A stretch of DNA of 64,000 nucleotides, taken from an uncultured Candidatus Saccharibacteria bacterium. GTDB lineage: Bacteria; Patescibacteriota; Saccharimonadia; Saccharimonadales; Saccharimonadaceae. Of the stretch, positions 1-10,413 are shown piece after piece (positions within the stretch are counted from its first letter, which is position 1; each line of letters begins with the position of its first letter). The stretch covers positions 12,528 to 76,527 of the forward strand of contig CAURBE010000003.1 in NCBI GenBank assembly GCA_963523045.1. The letters run 5' to 3'. The position numbers and the translations under genes were made by a program. Under the pieces are notes generated by a model. That model did not search any database. It was not told where the DNA came from and saw only the letters and a list, made by a program, of their open reading frames with translations.

Positions 1-867
1 GGGCTGAATCTAGACCTGGTGCATTTTGCAATGGTTCAGCAACCGGTTTGGTATCATGCTAGTCCAGTCGTCACCACCATGCAAGATTTGACCACCGTTC
101 GGTTCAAGAATCCTGATAAAAATCCTGTAATTTTCTGGGTAAAGCAGCAAATCTACAAGTGGGTAAATAAAAAGGTAGCGCGAAAATCCGCTCATATTAT
201 CACTATTTCCAACTTTGTGAAAAATGATTTGGTTGGATTTACCGGCATTAGTCCAGATAAAATTACAGTGACGCTGGAGTCGGCTGACGAACTGCCAAAG
301 GGTAATGATCCTGTTAAAGAACTGATTGGAAAAAAATTTATTATGTATATTGGCCGGCCAACACCGCATAAAAATTTACGGCGGCTGATTGATGCTTTTG
401 CATTATTACAAAAAAAGCACCCAGAGCTGACATTAGCCTTGGCTGGCAAGAAAGACAGTAATTATGCTCGCCATGAAGCCTACGTTAATGATCATAATAT
501 TAAAAACGTTATTTTCACTGATTTCATATCAGATGAGCAATTACGCTGGATGTACGAAAATACGGCTGTTTATTGCTTCCCGTCGCTAAGTGAGGGCTTT
601 GGCTTACCAGGCCTTGAGGCCATGCTCCATGGTGCGCCAGTTGCTTCAAGCACCGCTACTTGCCTGCCAGAAACTCACGGCGATGCCGCTCACTATTTTG
701 ATCCGTACGATGTCGAGGATATAGCACGCGCTATTGATGATCTTCTAACAGACGAGAAACTACGCCGCCAGTTGATTAAAAAAGGCAAGCAGCACGTCAA
801 AACTTTCTCGTGGCAGCGGATGGCCGAGCAGACGTTGGCAGTTTACAATAGTGTAGTTAAGGATTAG
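1..867 (+). CDS. Glycosyltransferase family 4 (GT-B), 5' end outside window
   Basis: Frame is open from base 1; motifs GRPTPHKNL and FPSLSEGFGLPGLEAM. Confidence 0.92.
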   Translation, partial: GLNLDLVHFAMVQQPVWYHASPVVTTMQDLTTVRFKNPDKNPVIFWVKQQIYKWVNKKVARKSAHIITISNFVKNDLVGFTGISPDKITVTLESADELPKGNDPVKELIGKKFIMYIGRPTPHKNLRRLIDAFALLQKKHPELTLALAGKKDSNYARHEAYVNDHNIKNVIFTDFISDEQLRWMYENTAVYCFPSLSEGFGLPGLEAMLHGAPVASSTATCLPETHGDAAHYFDPYDVEDIARAIDDLLTDEKLRRQLIKKGKQHVKTFSWQRMAEQTLAVYNSVVKD

Positions 868-1301
868 TTTTCTGCGCCAGTCGCTTGATTGATTCGTGTC
901 GATGAATCATATTTTTCGCTGTCACCAACACAAAACTGCATTTTAATACCGTATTTTTCACAGACAGTCGCCTCTGGTATTTCGGCAGTAGAATTACGAT
1001 CGCCACCGTTTGCAAATATCAGTTCATTACCCTCAAACAATCTCGCAAGATGATCAAGGGTAGCGCATTGCGTACCGTCTTCATCGATTGATAAAACCAC
1101 CTCATCAACTACTCGTAAGGCCCGAATTAGGCGCAATCGATTTTGTTCATCAAGGATAATTTTGCCTTTTTTTATCAGCTGCTGCTTGTCATTATTAACA
1201 ATCACCAGCAACCTATCTCCTAGATGAGCTGCCGCTTCAAATAAATTAAGGTGACCACCGTGCAATGGATTAAAATAGCCACTAACAATTACAACCTTCA
1301 T
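864..1301 (-). CDS. Cytidylyltransferase-like nucleotidyltransferase (TagD/RfaE-type family)
   Basis: N-terminal SGYFNPLHGGH (HxGH) motif, ANGGDR, C-terminal SSTRI. Confidence 0.85.
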   Translation of the reverse strand: MKVVIVSGYFNPLHGGHLNLFEAAAHLGDRLLVIVNNDKQQLIKKGKIILDEQNRLRLIRALRVVDEVVLSIDEDGTQCATLDHLARLFEGNELIFANGGDRNSTAEIPEATVCEKYGIKMQFCVGDSEKYDSSTRINQATGAEN

Positions 1302-1335
1302 ATTTCCTCCTCTGTAACTTCTATATTATACCTGA

Positions 1336-2361
<1,026 letters not shown>

Positions 2362-2363
2362 TC

Positions 2364-2912
2364 ATGACAGATGTGCCGTCAAAAACTAAAGTCAGCAGTA
2401 AAATCGTCTACCAAAATCCTTGGATTACCGTCCGCGAAGACCAAACGCGCGACCTCGCAGGCAATCTGGGAGTATATAGTTACATGGAATCGCGCGACTC
2501 GTGCATGATTGTGGCAGTTGACGACAAAGAGCGAATCTATTTGGTCAGAGGATTTCGCTATCCATCGCAGAGTTTTGGCTGGGAATTACCTGGCGGTGGA
2601 GGCGACGGCGAGGATTTGCTTACCGCCTCCAAGCGTGAACTAGAGGAAGAGACTAGCATTACCGCGCAGTCTTGGAATAAGCTCGGCGAAGTATATGTTT
2701 GCAACGGTCTTATGACAGAAAAGATGGCGGTATGCTTAGCGCGAAACTTATCTTTCAGCGGACATAAAGAGCAGTCAGGCGAAGTATTTAGCGACATGCG
2801 TTTCTTCACCCGCGATGAAATCGACGCGCTCATCGCTCAAGGCGAAATCAATGACTGCCAAACTCTGGCAGGGCTACATTATTATCAACTATGGCGAAAG
2901 GACAATCTATGA
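2364..2912 (+). CDS. NUDIX hydrolase (ADP-ribose pyrophosphatase-like)
   Basis: Nudix box ELPGGG...ASKRELEEET. Confidence 0.9.
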   Translation: MTDVPSKTKVSSKIVYQNPWITVREDQTRDLAGNLGVYSYMESRDSCMIVAVDDKERIYLVRGFRYPSQSFGWELPGGGGDGEDLLTASKRELEEETSITAQSWNKLGEVYVCNGLMTEKMAVCLARNLSFSGHKEQSGEVFSDMRFFTRDEIDALIAQGEINDCQTLAGLHYYQLWRKDNL

Positions 2913-3478
2913 GCTTTGATCCAAACGACTACAACGAACTAACCGTCACCGAATCCCCCATCCCTGGGCTATTCGTCGTCAAACTACCAGTCCATGGCGA
3001 CAGTCGCGGCTGGTTCAAAGAGAACTATCAAAAAGAAAAAATGGAAGCACTGGGACTGCCGTCATTTAACATCGTGCAGAACAATATCAGCTTTAACGAT
3101 AAAGCTGGCGCTACCCGCGGCCTCCATGCCGAGCCATGGAATAAGTTCATCTCTACCGCCAACGGCCGCGTATTCGGCGCGTGGTGCGATTTGCGCAAAG
3201 GCGACAGCTTCGGCCGAGTTTTCACGCACGAAATTAACCCTGGCACGGCAATTTTCGCACCAAAAGGCGTCGCTAATGGCTATCAGGCGCTTGACGACAA
3301 CATTGCCTATACTTACTTGGTTGACGCGCACTGGTCGCCAGACGCCAAATATACGTTTGTCAATTTGTTCGACCCAGCTCTCGGCATCGACTGGCCAATC
3401 GGTCAAGACCAGGTAATTATTTCCGAAAAGGACGCCGCTCACCCGCTACTTACAAACGTAATACCGATGGAGGTTTAA
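2909..3478 (+). CDS. rmlC: dTDP-4-dehydrorhamnose 3,5-epimerase
   Basis: HGDSRGWFKE, QNNISFN, TRGLHAEPW; start placed at the ATGA overlap with the NUDIX stop. Confidence 0.95.
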   Translation: MSFDPNDYNELTVTESPIPGLFVVKLPVHGDSRGWFKENYQKEKMEALGLPSFNIVQNNISFNDKAGATRGLHAEPWNKFISTANGRVFGAWCDLRKGDSFGRVFTHEINPGTAIFAPKGVANGYQALDDNIAYTYLVDAHWSPDAKYTFVNLFDPALGIDWPIGQDQVIISEKDAAHPLLTNVIPMEV

Positions 3479-4320
3479 TGAACAACAAGACAGTAGTTAT
3501 CACTGGTGCTAATGGCCAACTAGGGCGGGCACTCCGCATCATTTTTCCAAATGCCATTGCCTTAACTCGTCAAGAATTAGATATTACTGATGAGACTGCT
3601 GTCAGATCATTCAATTGGCAACCTAATTCGATTATTATCAATGCTGCTGCCTGGACCAACGTTGACGCTGCCGAAAATCCTGAGAACTTTCAACAAGTCG
3701 ACCTGGTTAACCACCGCGCGGTACAATACTTGGCAGAAGTTGCAACAACTCACGGGTTGACATTAGTACACATCTCTTCTGAATACGTTTTTGACGGCTC
3801 CCAGCCAATCCATAGTGAAGACGAACCTTTTTCACCGCTTAATGTTTACGGCAAGACTAAAGCTGATGGCGACTTAGCGGCCGCTACCACAACCAAACAC
3901 TATATCATTCGCACATCCTGGGTAGTTGGTGATGGCAGAAACTTTGTTAGTATCATGCAAGATTTGGCAGCACGCGACATTAAACCTTCGGTTGTTAACG
4001 ACCAGATTGGTCGCCTAACCTTCACCGATACTTTGGCACGCGGCATCAAACATTTACTAGCAACAGGCGCACCATATGGCACGTATAATCTGACCAACGA
4101 AGGCCAATCAGCCAGCTGGTCAGAAATTGCTAAAATCGTTTTTGAAAAGTCGGGCAAATCAACTTCAGATGTAACACCAGTCTCTACTGCTGAATATTTC
4201 GCTAATAGGCCAGGCGCCGCTCAGCGACCGCTGCAAAGCACCCTAGATTTGACGAAGATCGAAGAGGCTGGCTTTACACCAGAATACTGGCGTGACAAAT
4301 TAGACAACTCGCTTGCATGA
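3478..4320 (+). CDS. rmlD: dTDP-4-dehydrorhamnose reductase
   Basis: GANGQLG, YVFDG, YGKTK, VVNDQIG; TAATG-coupled to rmlC. Confidence 0.92.
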   Translation: MNNKTVVITGANGQLGRALRIIFPNAIALTRQELDITDETAVRSFNWQPNSIIINAAAWTNVDAAENPENFQQVDLVNHRAVQYLAEVATTHGLTLVHISSEYVFDGSQPIHSEDEPFSPLNVYGKTKADGDLAAATTTKHYIIRTSWVVGDGRNFVSIMQDLAARDIKPSVVNDQIGRLTFTDTLARGIKHLLATGAPYGTYNLTNEGQSASWSEIAKIVFEKSGKSTSDVTPVSTAEYFANRPGAAQRPLQSTLDLTKIEEAGFTPEYWRDKLDNSLA

Positions 4321-5730
4321 ATTTCCTGCATTTTTAATTTTATCGTTCAGCTCTGCGTTGCTTATACTATTTTTACCCCAATAAGCCTTGTCCGCCAATT
4401 CCCCGACTTTAGCTGGATCCCTGGTCTTCATTTGATTGAATAGCCAGTTGCTACCCAACATAAATGACCGCTTCTCACGCTCCATTGAAGATATTAGTGC
4501 AGCTTCAGACAAATCAGTCCTACTCTCAACAAGCACCAACTTAAAACAATCCGGTAGCAAATAGTCAGCCAACCACATAACTCGCGGCATATGCGCAATA
4601 TCCGCCACAATAACCGCCGTCATCTCAGATTCACCCAGTTGTTCCATCTTCTGTTCTATGCTCATTTGACTAACGCTCTCAGTCGCATGGCCTTTTTCAA
4701 TCAACCGTTTAGACAAAAGCATCGACTGCTTGGATAAGATCATCGGTATACTATTAGTAAAGTTAGTAACTGTATCAACTGAATCAGGCTCCTCGTCTGT
4801 AAACTCATCTAATTTTTCAACCACCTCATTGATTTCGTTTTCGCTCTTGCCTTCATCCCGTAACTTTTCAGCAACATCCCGAAGCATCTTCTCCTTCATT
4901 AGTGTTGAAGTACTGATGCGCGGATAGTTCCTATATGCGTCAAAGAGTGAATCGATCAAGTCAAGTGAGCTGACTTTTTCAATTGGATATTCACCTTTGC
5001 CTTTTGGCTTCTCTCCATTTTCCTTAGCTTCATTTATCTTATGTGCTTCGTATATTTGCTTTAATGCCTGCGTGCAAATACGGACCTCTTCCTTATGTGG
5101 GTTGGTGTCAATGTCATATATCAACTCCCTTAGCTCATCTTCGGGTTCATTTTTAGATTTATCTTTAGGATCATAGTTGTCATTTATCTCTACCTCTTCC
5201 AGCAACTTCCATACTAGATCTTCGGGCATGTTAATTAAATCTTCGTAGTTGCAGCCAATAAGCTCAGCGATAATAGGAATTGCTTTTGCCGCTGCTATCG
5301 CTCTATTATTCATTCTACCGGTGTGAACAACTTGCACATCAGAGTTGCCCGCCTCAATCGCCTGCAAATACAATTCACCAACCATTTCAGTATTAGCTAA
5401 TGATTCCGATGGCAGCCTTACATTTCTGTCTGGGCGTCCAGGCTCTTCCTTTACAACCTCTTCACCGCGAGCAATGTTGATAATAACATCGGAATTATGT
5501 ACAGCTTCAGTAACTTCTAAACTATCAGGGTCTGTAAAGGTGACGTTCGGACAATCCTGCCGTAACTGTTCAGAAACACCACGATACGGCACGTAAAGTA
5601 TTGGCCGCTTTCTCGGCTCTTTCTCTGGATGGTTTGGATCAAGACCTAGCCTCGCTGCTACTTCAGATAAATACCTCTCATAAAATTCTTGTGTACAACG
5701 TTCAGGACTAGCAATTTTTTCAATACTCAT
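4300..5730 (-). CDS. Acidic hypothetical protein with divergent DUF218/YdcF-like motifs
   Basis: 476-aa ORF; EEPDSVDTVTN and VIVADIAHMPRV resemble DUF218 ExxSxxTxEN and VTSxxHMPRA. Confidence 0.6.
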   Translation of the reverse strand: MSIEKIASPERCTQEFYERYLSEVAARLGLDPNHPEKEPRKRPILYVPYRGVSEQLRQDCPNVTFTDPDSLEVTEAVHNSDVIINIARGEEVVKEEPGRPDRNVRLPSESLANTEMVGELYLQAIEAGNSDVQVVHTGRMNNRAIAAAKAIPIIAELIGCNYEDLINMPEDLVWKLLEEVEINDNYDPKDKSKNEPEDELRELIYDIDTNPHKEEVRICTQALKQIYEAHKINEAKENGEKPKGKGEYPIEKVSSLDLIDSLFDAYRNYPRISTSTLMKEKMLRDVAEKLRDEGKSENEINEVVEKLDEFTDEEPDSVDTVTNFTNSIPMILSKQSMLLSKRLIEKGHATESVSQMSIEQKMEQLGESEMTAVIVADIAHMPRVMWLADYLLPDCFKLVLVESRTDLSEAALISSMEREKRSFMLGSNWLFNQMKTRDPAKVGELADKAYWGKNSISNAELNDKIKNAGNSCKRVV

Positions 5731-5739
5731 GATACGTTG

Positions 5740-5768
5740 ATTATAGATTATTTTTGCATTTTTGTCAA
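5740..5768 (-). promoter_or_regulatory. Consensus sigma70 promoter of the 4300-5730 gene
   Basis: Minus strand reads TTGACA-17 nt-TATAAT, 9 nt before the ATG. Confidence 0.85.
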
Positions 5769-5815
5769 TTAGCTCATCCGTTTGCTATAATTACTAGTAG
5801 AAAAGTAGGAGGTTT

Positions 5816-6673
5816 ATGAAAGGAATAATTTTAGCAGGCGGCTCAGGTACTCGCCTCCACCCTATCACCAAGGCGATTAGTAAGCAATTAATGCCAATTT
5901 ATGATAAGCCGATGATTTATTATCCGTTAACCACGCTGATGCAAGCAGGAATTCGCGATATTTTAATAATCACCACCCCAGACGACCAAGCTGGCTTCCA
6001 ACGACTGCTTGGCGATGGATCACAATGGGGCATCAACCTCGATTATGCCGTTCAGCCTAGTCCAGATGGCCTAGCGCAAGCCTTTATCATCGGTGAAGAC
6101 TTCATCGGTAACGATAAGGTGGCTTTAGTCCTGGGAGATAATATCTTCCATGGTGAGCGGCTGGATGAATCTCTGCAGGAGTGTACTAATCCTGATGGTG
6201 GTACAGTTTTTGCCTACAAAGTTTCTGACCCAGAACGGTACGGTGTTGTCGAATTTGATGAGCATAATCAAGCTATCTCCATTGAAGAAAAACCAGCCGA
6301 GCCAAAATCAAACTTTGCCGTTGTTGGTTTGTATTTCTACGATAATGACGTGGTTGAAATCGCTAAGAATGTCCAACCATCCGACCGCGGCGAGCTAGAA
6401 ATCACTTCCATCAATGCTGAATATCTCCGCCGCGGTAAACTGCAGGTTCAGACCCTAGACAACGGTGATGTCTGGCTGGACACCGGCACCATCGACAGCC
6501 TAACTGATGCCGCCGATTTCGTTCGTGTCATCCAAAAACGAACTGGTCGCATCATTGGTAGTCCAGAAAAAACTGCTTTTAAAAATGGCTGGATTAACCG
6601 AGAGCAGCTTGACACACTCGCTGAGCCACTCAAAAAATCTGGATATAGTAACTATTTCACAAGGTTGTTATAA
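5816..6673 (+). CDS. rmlA: Glucose-1-phosphate thymidylyltransferase
   Basis: [45 protein letters not shown]. Confidence 0.97.
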   Translation: MKGIILAGGSGTRLHPITKAISKQLMPIYDKPMIYYPLTTLMQAGIRDILIITTPDDQAGFQRLLGDGSQWGINLDYAVQPSPDGLAQAFIIGEDFIGNDKVALVLGDNIFHGERLDESLQECTNPDGGTVFAYKVSDPERYGVVEFDEHNQAISIEEKPAEPKSNFAVVGLYFYDNDVVEIAKNVQPSDRGELEITSINAEYLRRGKLQVQTLDNGDVWLDTGTIDSLTDAADFVRVIQKRTGRIIGSPEKTAFKNGWINREQLDTLAEPLKKSGYSNYFTRLL

Positions 6674-6683
6674 TATAACTAGC

Positions 6684-7388
6684 ATGAAACGAGTTTGTGT
6701 TATCATACCTGCCTACAATGAAGCTGCTGTAATTAAAGATGTCATTAAAAAAGCCAAAAAAGTTTTCTCAAAAGCCAAAAAAGTTTTCTCAATTGACATA
6801 GTGCTCATCAACGACGGCTCAAAAGACAATACGCTCGAACAAGCTCGAAAAGGCGGCGCAATTGTCATTGATCATATTTTGAATTCTGGAGCTGGCGGCG
6901 CCACCTTGACTGGGCTTGCCTACGCGCGACAACACGGCTATGATATTGCCGCCACCATGGATGCTGATGGTCAGCACGATCCAGAAGATGTCTTGGCGGG
7001 TATTCGGCAGAGCGACAACTCTAACACTGATTTACTTATCGGTAGCCGACTCATCAATAGCGAGGGCATGTCTAGGACTAAAGTTTTAGGAAACAAGGGT
7101 CTCAGCTTCATTACTTACGTCCTATTTGGTATCAATGTTACTGATTCGCAATCTGGACTGCGGGTTTACTCGCGAAGGGCAATTGATAACCTTGATTGGA
7201 AATCAACTGGCTATGAGTTCTGCTCAGAAATGATCTGGCGTGCCAAACAAGCAGGCATGGTTATTTCCGAATACCCAATTAAAGCAATTTACACCGACTA
7301 TTCCCGCGCCAAAGGCCAAAACAACTGGAACGCCATCAATATTGTCAAACGACTATTTAAGCAACGCTTAACGGAGTTATTCGAATGA
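6684..7388 (+). CDS. GT2 polyprenol-phosphate glycosyltransferase (DPM1/GacI-like)
   Basis: IIPAYNEA, INDGSKD, MDADGQH, TDSQSG; start reassigned to ATG 6684 downstream of TGTTATAAT. Confidence 0.88.
   Translation: MKRVCVIIPAYNEAAVIKDVIKKAKKVFSKAKKVFSIDIVLINDGSKDNTLEQARKGGAIVIDHILNSGAGGATLTGLAYARQHGYDIAATMDADGQHDPEDVLAGIRQSDNSNTDLLIGSRLINSEGMSRTKVLGNKGLSFITYVLFGINVTDSQSGLRVYSRRAIDNLDWKSTGYEFCSEMIWRAKQAGMVISEYPIKAIYTDYSRAKGQNNWNAINIVKRLFKQRLTELFE
6749..6790 (+). repeat. 21-bp perfect tandem duplication within GT2 gene
   Basis: aaaagccaaaaaagttttctc twice, encoding KAKKVFS twice. Confidence 0.95.
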
Positions 7389-7738
7389 GATATCTTATCC
7401 TCGTACTACTCAATGTGCCGATTATTTTAGCAGCATTGATCAATATCATCACTCAGTACAAACTGCGCAAAGTTAGTGTAACGCGCTTTCGCCATCAATT
7501 AATTATCTGGATGGTTATCATGGTTGTACTGATTGGGTCATTTCCTTTGTATAATATTTCGATTGGCCATCCGCCGCTAGATTCGTCAGAATTAAGCCTA
7601 TTTGATATTTTGCAAACTACAGCGATTATTTTGCTATTCTACATCGCCAACAACCAGCGCCAGCGTATCGACCAAAACGAGCGAAGACTGCGCGATTTGC
7701 ATCAAGAATTATCAATTAGGCTGTCGAATGAAAAATAG
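7385..7738 (+). CDS. Small membrane protein, DUF2304/GacJ-like
   Basis: Three hydrophobic segments and a C-terminal coiled ERRLRDLHQELSI; coupled to a DPM1-like GT2. Confidence 0.7.
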   Translation: MRYLILVLLNVPIILAALINIITQYKLRKVSVTRFRHQLIIWMVIMVVLIGSFPLYNISIGHPPLDSSELSLFDILQTTAIILLFYIANNQRQRIDQNERRLRDLHQELSIRLSNEK

Positions 7739-8543
7739 TATTGATATTATCGTACCGTACTGGGGTGAGTTTTCACTATTGAAGCAAACCGTCGATTCAG
7801 TGCTAGCACAAACCAGCAAAGCCTGGCATTTGACGATCCTCGACGATCATTATCCAGATAAAACCGCCTATAATTATTACAAAAAATTAAACGATAAACG
7901 CATCACGTATATCAGACACCGTAAAAATATTGGTATCACCGCCAACTTTAATTACGCTATTCAACACGCAAGCGCACCGTATTGTATGATCGTCGGCTGC
8001 GACGATAAACTATTACCTAGCTACGTTGATACTGCGCTAAAAAACATTGGTGAAGCAGACTTTTATCAGCCTCGCGTACAGATAATCGACGACAAAAGTA
8101 ACGTATATCTACCGCTTGTCGATAAAGTGAAAAGAATACTGCAGCCTAAAAAATCTGGTATACTGTCTGGCGAAAAACTTGCTGCGTCGCTTTGCTGCGG
8201 TAATTGGCTTTATTTTCCATCCATCACTTGGAAAACCGATACTCTCAAACAATACTCATTTGATACAAAGTATAAAATCCTTGAAGACGTCATCGTCGAA
8301 TTGACCATGATTATTGATGGCGCTTCGCTTTATTTTGACACAACAGAAACTTTTCAATACCGCCGTTTTGCCGAGTCGTTATCCAGCAAGGAAAAAGGTA
8401 AAAATGGTATCCGATTCAAGGAAGAGAAAGAAGTTTACGATAATTTTTCCGATAGGTTTAATGAGATTGGCTGGAAAAAAGCCGCACGAGCAGCAAAACT
8501 TCGCGTGACATCACGCATTCACAGTTTCCTGTCGCGGTTTTAG
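7728..8543 (+). CDS. Glycosyltransferase family 2
   Basis: IDIIVPYWG, ILDD, NIGITANFN, GCDD; start reassigned to ATG 7728. Confidence 0.9.
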   Translation: MKNSIDIIVPYWGEFSLLKQTVDSVLAQTSKAWHLTILDDHYPDKTAYNYYKKLNDKRITYIRHRKNIGITANFNYAIQHASAPYCMIVGCDDKLLPSYVDTALKNIGEADFYQPRVQIIDDKSNVYLPLVDKVKRILQPKKSGILSGEKLAASLCCGNWLYFPSITWKTDTLKQYSFDTKYKILEDVIVELTMIIDGASLYFDTTETFQYRRFAESLSSKEKGKNGIRFKEEKEVYDNFSDRFNEIGWKKAARAAKLRVTSRIHSFLSRF

Positions 8544-8559
8544 AGCTTATCCTATCGCT

Positions 8560-9549
8560 CTATTTTGTCTTTGCAAATTTGCGATTAACCGCCCAGGCGT
8601 ACAGTTTAACGATTATTGATTGTGGTAATAAGTCATATAGTCGCCAGTTTATATCCTTCTTCGCTACTGGCATTTTAGCGTTTTTCCAGGGCGTTAGTTT
8701 CAAATATTTACGCCACAAAAAACCAACTGGATTATCGTTACCCTGCTGCCACGGTCTACCGTTCACACCAAACTGCGAATGAATAATCTTCGGCGTATAG
8801 TAACTCTCCATAATCTCATCGTAACTGTAAAAGCTTTCAGGCAAGAAACCGTTGGCTTTAATGTATTTTTTAATATCATAGCCATAGAAAACAGTCGAGA
8901 AATTATATTCCACACCGACTTTCTTGATTTTGCCTTTGAAAAATACGTTGCACAAATCTTGGTCAGCCACCTCGTAATGATTGTGCCGCAAATGCTCGCG
9001 CATCTTGGCATCAATCTTATCTTTCATCCATTTTTTGTGATTGATAAGCATAATTCCACAGTTAAAGTAGCCGTCGGTTGGTTTCAAGCCAATAACGTCC
9101 TTGTGTGCGTTTACCATGGTAGCATCGTATGACAGCGCCATCACATTATCCTCAAAATCAAGCTCCAAAAGACCATCAAGCGCACCGCTAATCACCGTGT
9201 GTGGATTAATGTATAAAATTCGGTCTGTTTTGATGTCAAGCTTGGCAAACGCCAACATCTTGTACCATGTGATGTACAGGCCCTTCCAAGCCTTAACACC
9301 AATCTCTTTCAACTCATCAGGATAACTTGATACGTCGACGAAAGTAATTGTGGTGTTCTTATAGTTTCCAACCATTTTGTTGAATTTGTTGATACTATCT
9401 TTCTTGAGCTGATGTCCGAGGTAAAAAATATTAATTTCTTTCAAATGTTTATTGTTTTCCAAAAGCGACACAATGGAAATTGCACTGACTACGGCATAGT
9501 TGTCATCACTCTGATATATAACGTTTAAAATTCCTTTATTCATAGTCAC
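8560..9549 (-). CDS. Glycosyltransferase family 8-like
   Basis: SDDNYA, SLLENN, YFNCGIMLIN, DQDLCN, IIH, RPW. Confidence 0.85.
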   Translation of the reverse strand: MTMNKGILNVIYQSDDNYAVVSAISIVSLLENNKHLKEINIFYLGHQLKKDSINKFNKMVGNYKNTTITFVDVSSYPDELKEIGVKAWKGLYITWYKMLAFAKLDIKTDRILYINPHTVISGALDGLLELDFEDNVMALSYDATMVNAHKDVIGLKPTDGYFNCGIMLINHKKWMKDKIDAKMREHLRHNHYEVADQDLCNVFFKGKIKKVGVEYNFSTVFYGYDIKKYIKANGFLPESFYSYDEIMESYYTPKIIHSQFGVNGRPWQQGNDNPVGFLWRKYLKLTPWKNAKMPVAKKDINWRLYDLLPQSIIVKLYAWAVNRKFAKTK

Positions 9550-9555
9550 AGTCTC

Positions 9556-10413
9556 CTATTCGTTTACTGGTAATTGGTTAACATAATCTTTTAATAGACC
9601 GGTGTAATCACTTGGCGTGAAGCCTGTTTGGCGTAGTTTTGATAAGTCCATGTCGCTATTAAGTGGCCGTGGTGCAAAACCCGGTTTACTGGCTGCATAT
9701 TCCTCAGTGGAAATCGGCTGCACACGGTTACGGTCATGTCCGGCATATTCGAAAACATCGGCAGCAATTTCATACCACGACTTCACTGGACCATCATTAG
9801 ATACGTTATACAGCCCATACGCAACATTATTATCTAAGAAATATTTAGTAGCTCGAGCAATCTCTGACGCAAACGTTAGCCGACCAAATTGATCATTGAC
9901 GACTTTTGGATTGATACGCATATCCGCTAAATTTTTCATGGTTTTTGGCATATTGTGACCGTCACCAACGACCCAAGATACTCGCATAATGTAGTGTTTT
10001 GGTACCAAACTGACCACCAAATCACCGGCTGCCTTACTTTCTCCATAGACCAGAAGAGGTGCAACCACTTCATCGTCTTGATGGTTTTTCTCCCGACCGT
10101 CCCAGACATAATCTGACGAATAGTGGACAAGGGTCTTATTCTGCTCAATGGCAATCTTAGCTAGGTTGCGTGGACCATAAGCATTGGCCAGCCACGTCTT
10201 GGCGCGCAGTTCTTCTGTCTCAGATCCATCAGCGTTAACCAAGGCTGCTGCATTTATGATAACGTCATATCTTGACCAATCAAACGCGTCTATTTGTGCT
10301 TCATTGGCTATATCCAATTCTTCTCGTGACAGTGCCTTGGCGTCCGAGAACATTACACGTAATGCTTTTCCTAATTGTCCGTTTGCTCCCAAAATTACAT
10401 ATTTCTTACTCAT
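9556..10413 (-). CDS. Second RmlD-like NAD(P)-dependent reductase
   Basis: GANGQLG, SSDYVWDG, YGESK, VVNDQFG. Confidence 0.88.
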   Translation of the reverse strand: MSKKYVILGANGQLGKALRVMFSDAKALSREELDIANEAQIDAFDWSRYDVIINAAALVNADGSETEELRAKTWLANAYGPRNLAKIAIEQNKTLVHYSSDYVWDGREKNHQDDEVVAPLLVYGESKAAGDLVVSLVPKHYIMRVSWVVGDGHNMPKTMKNLADMRINPKVVNDQFGRLTFASEIARATKYFLDNNVAYGLYNVSNDGPVKSWYEIAADVFEYAGHDRNRVQPISTEEYAASKPGFAPRPLNSDMDLSKLRQTGFTPSDYTGLLKDYVNQLPVNE

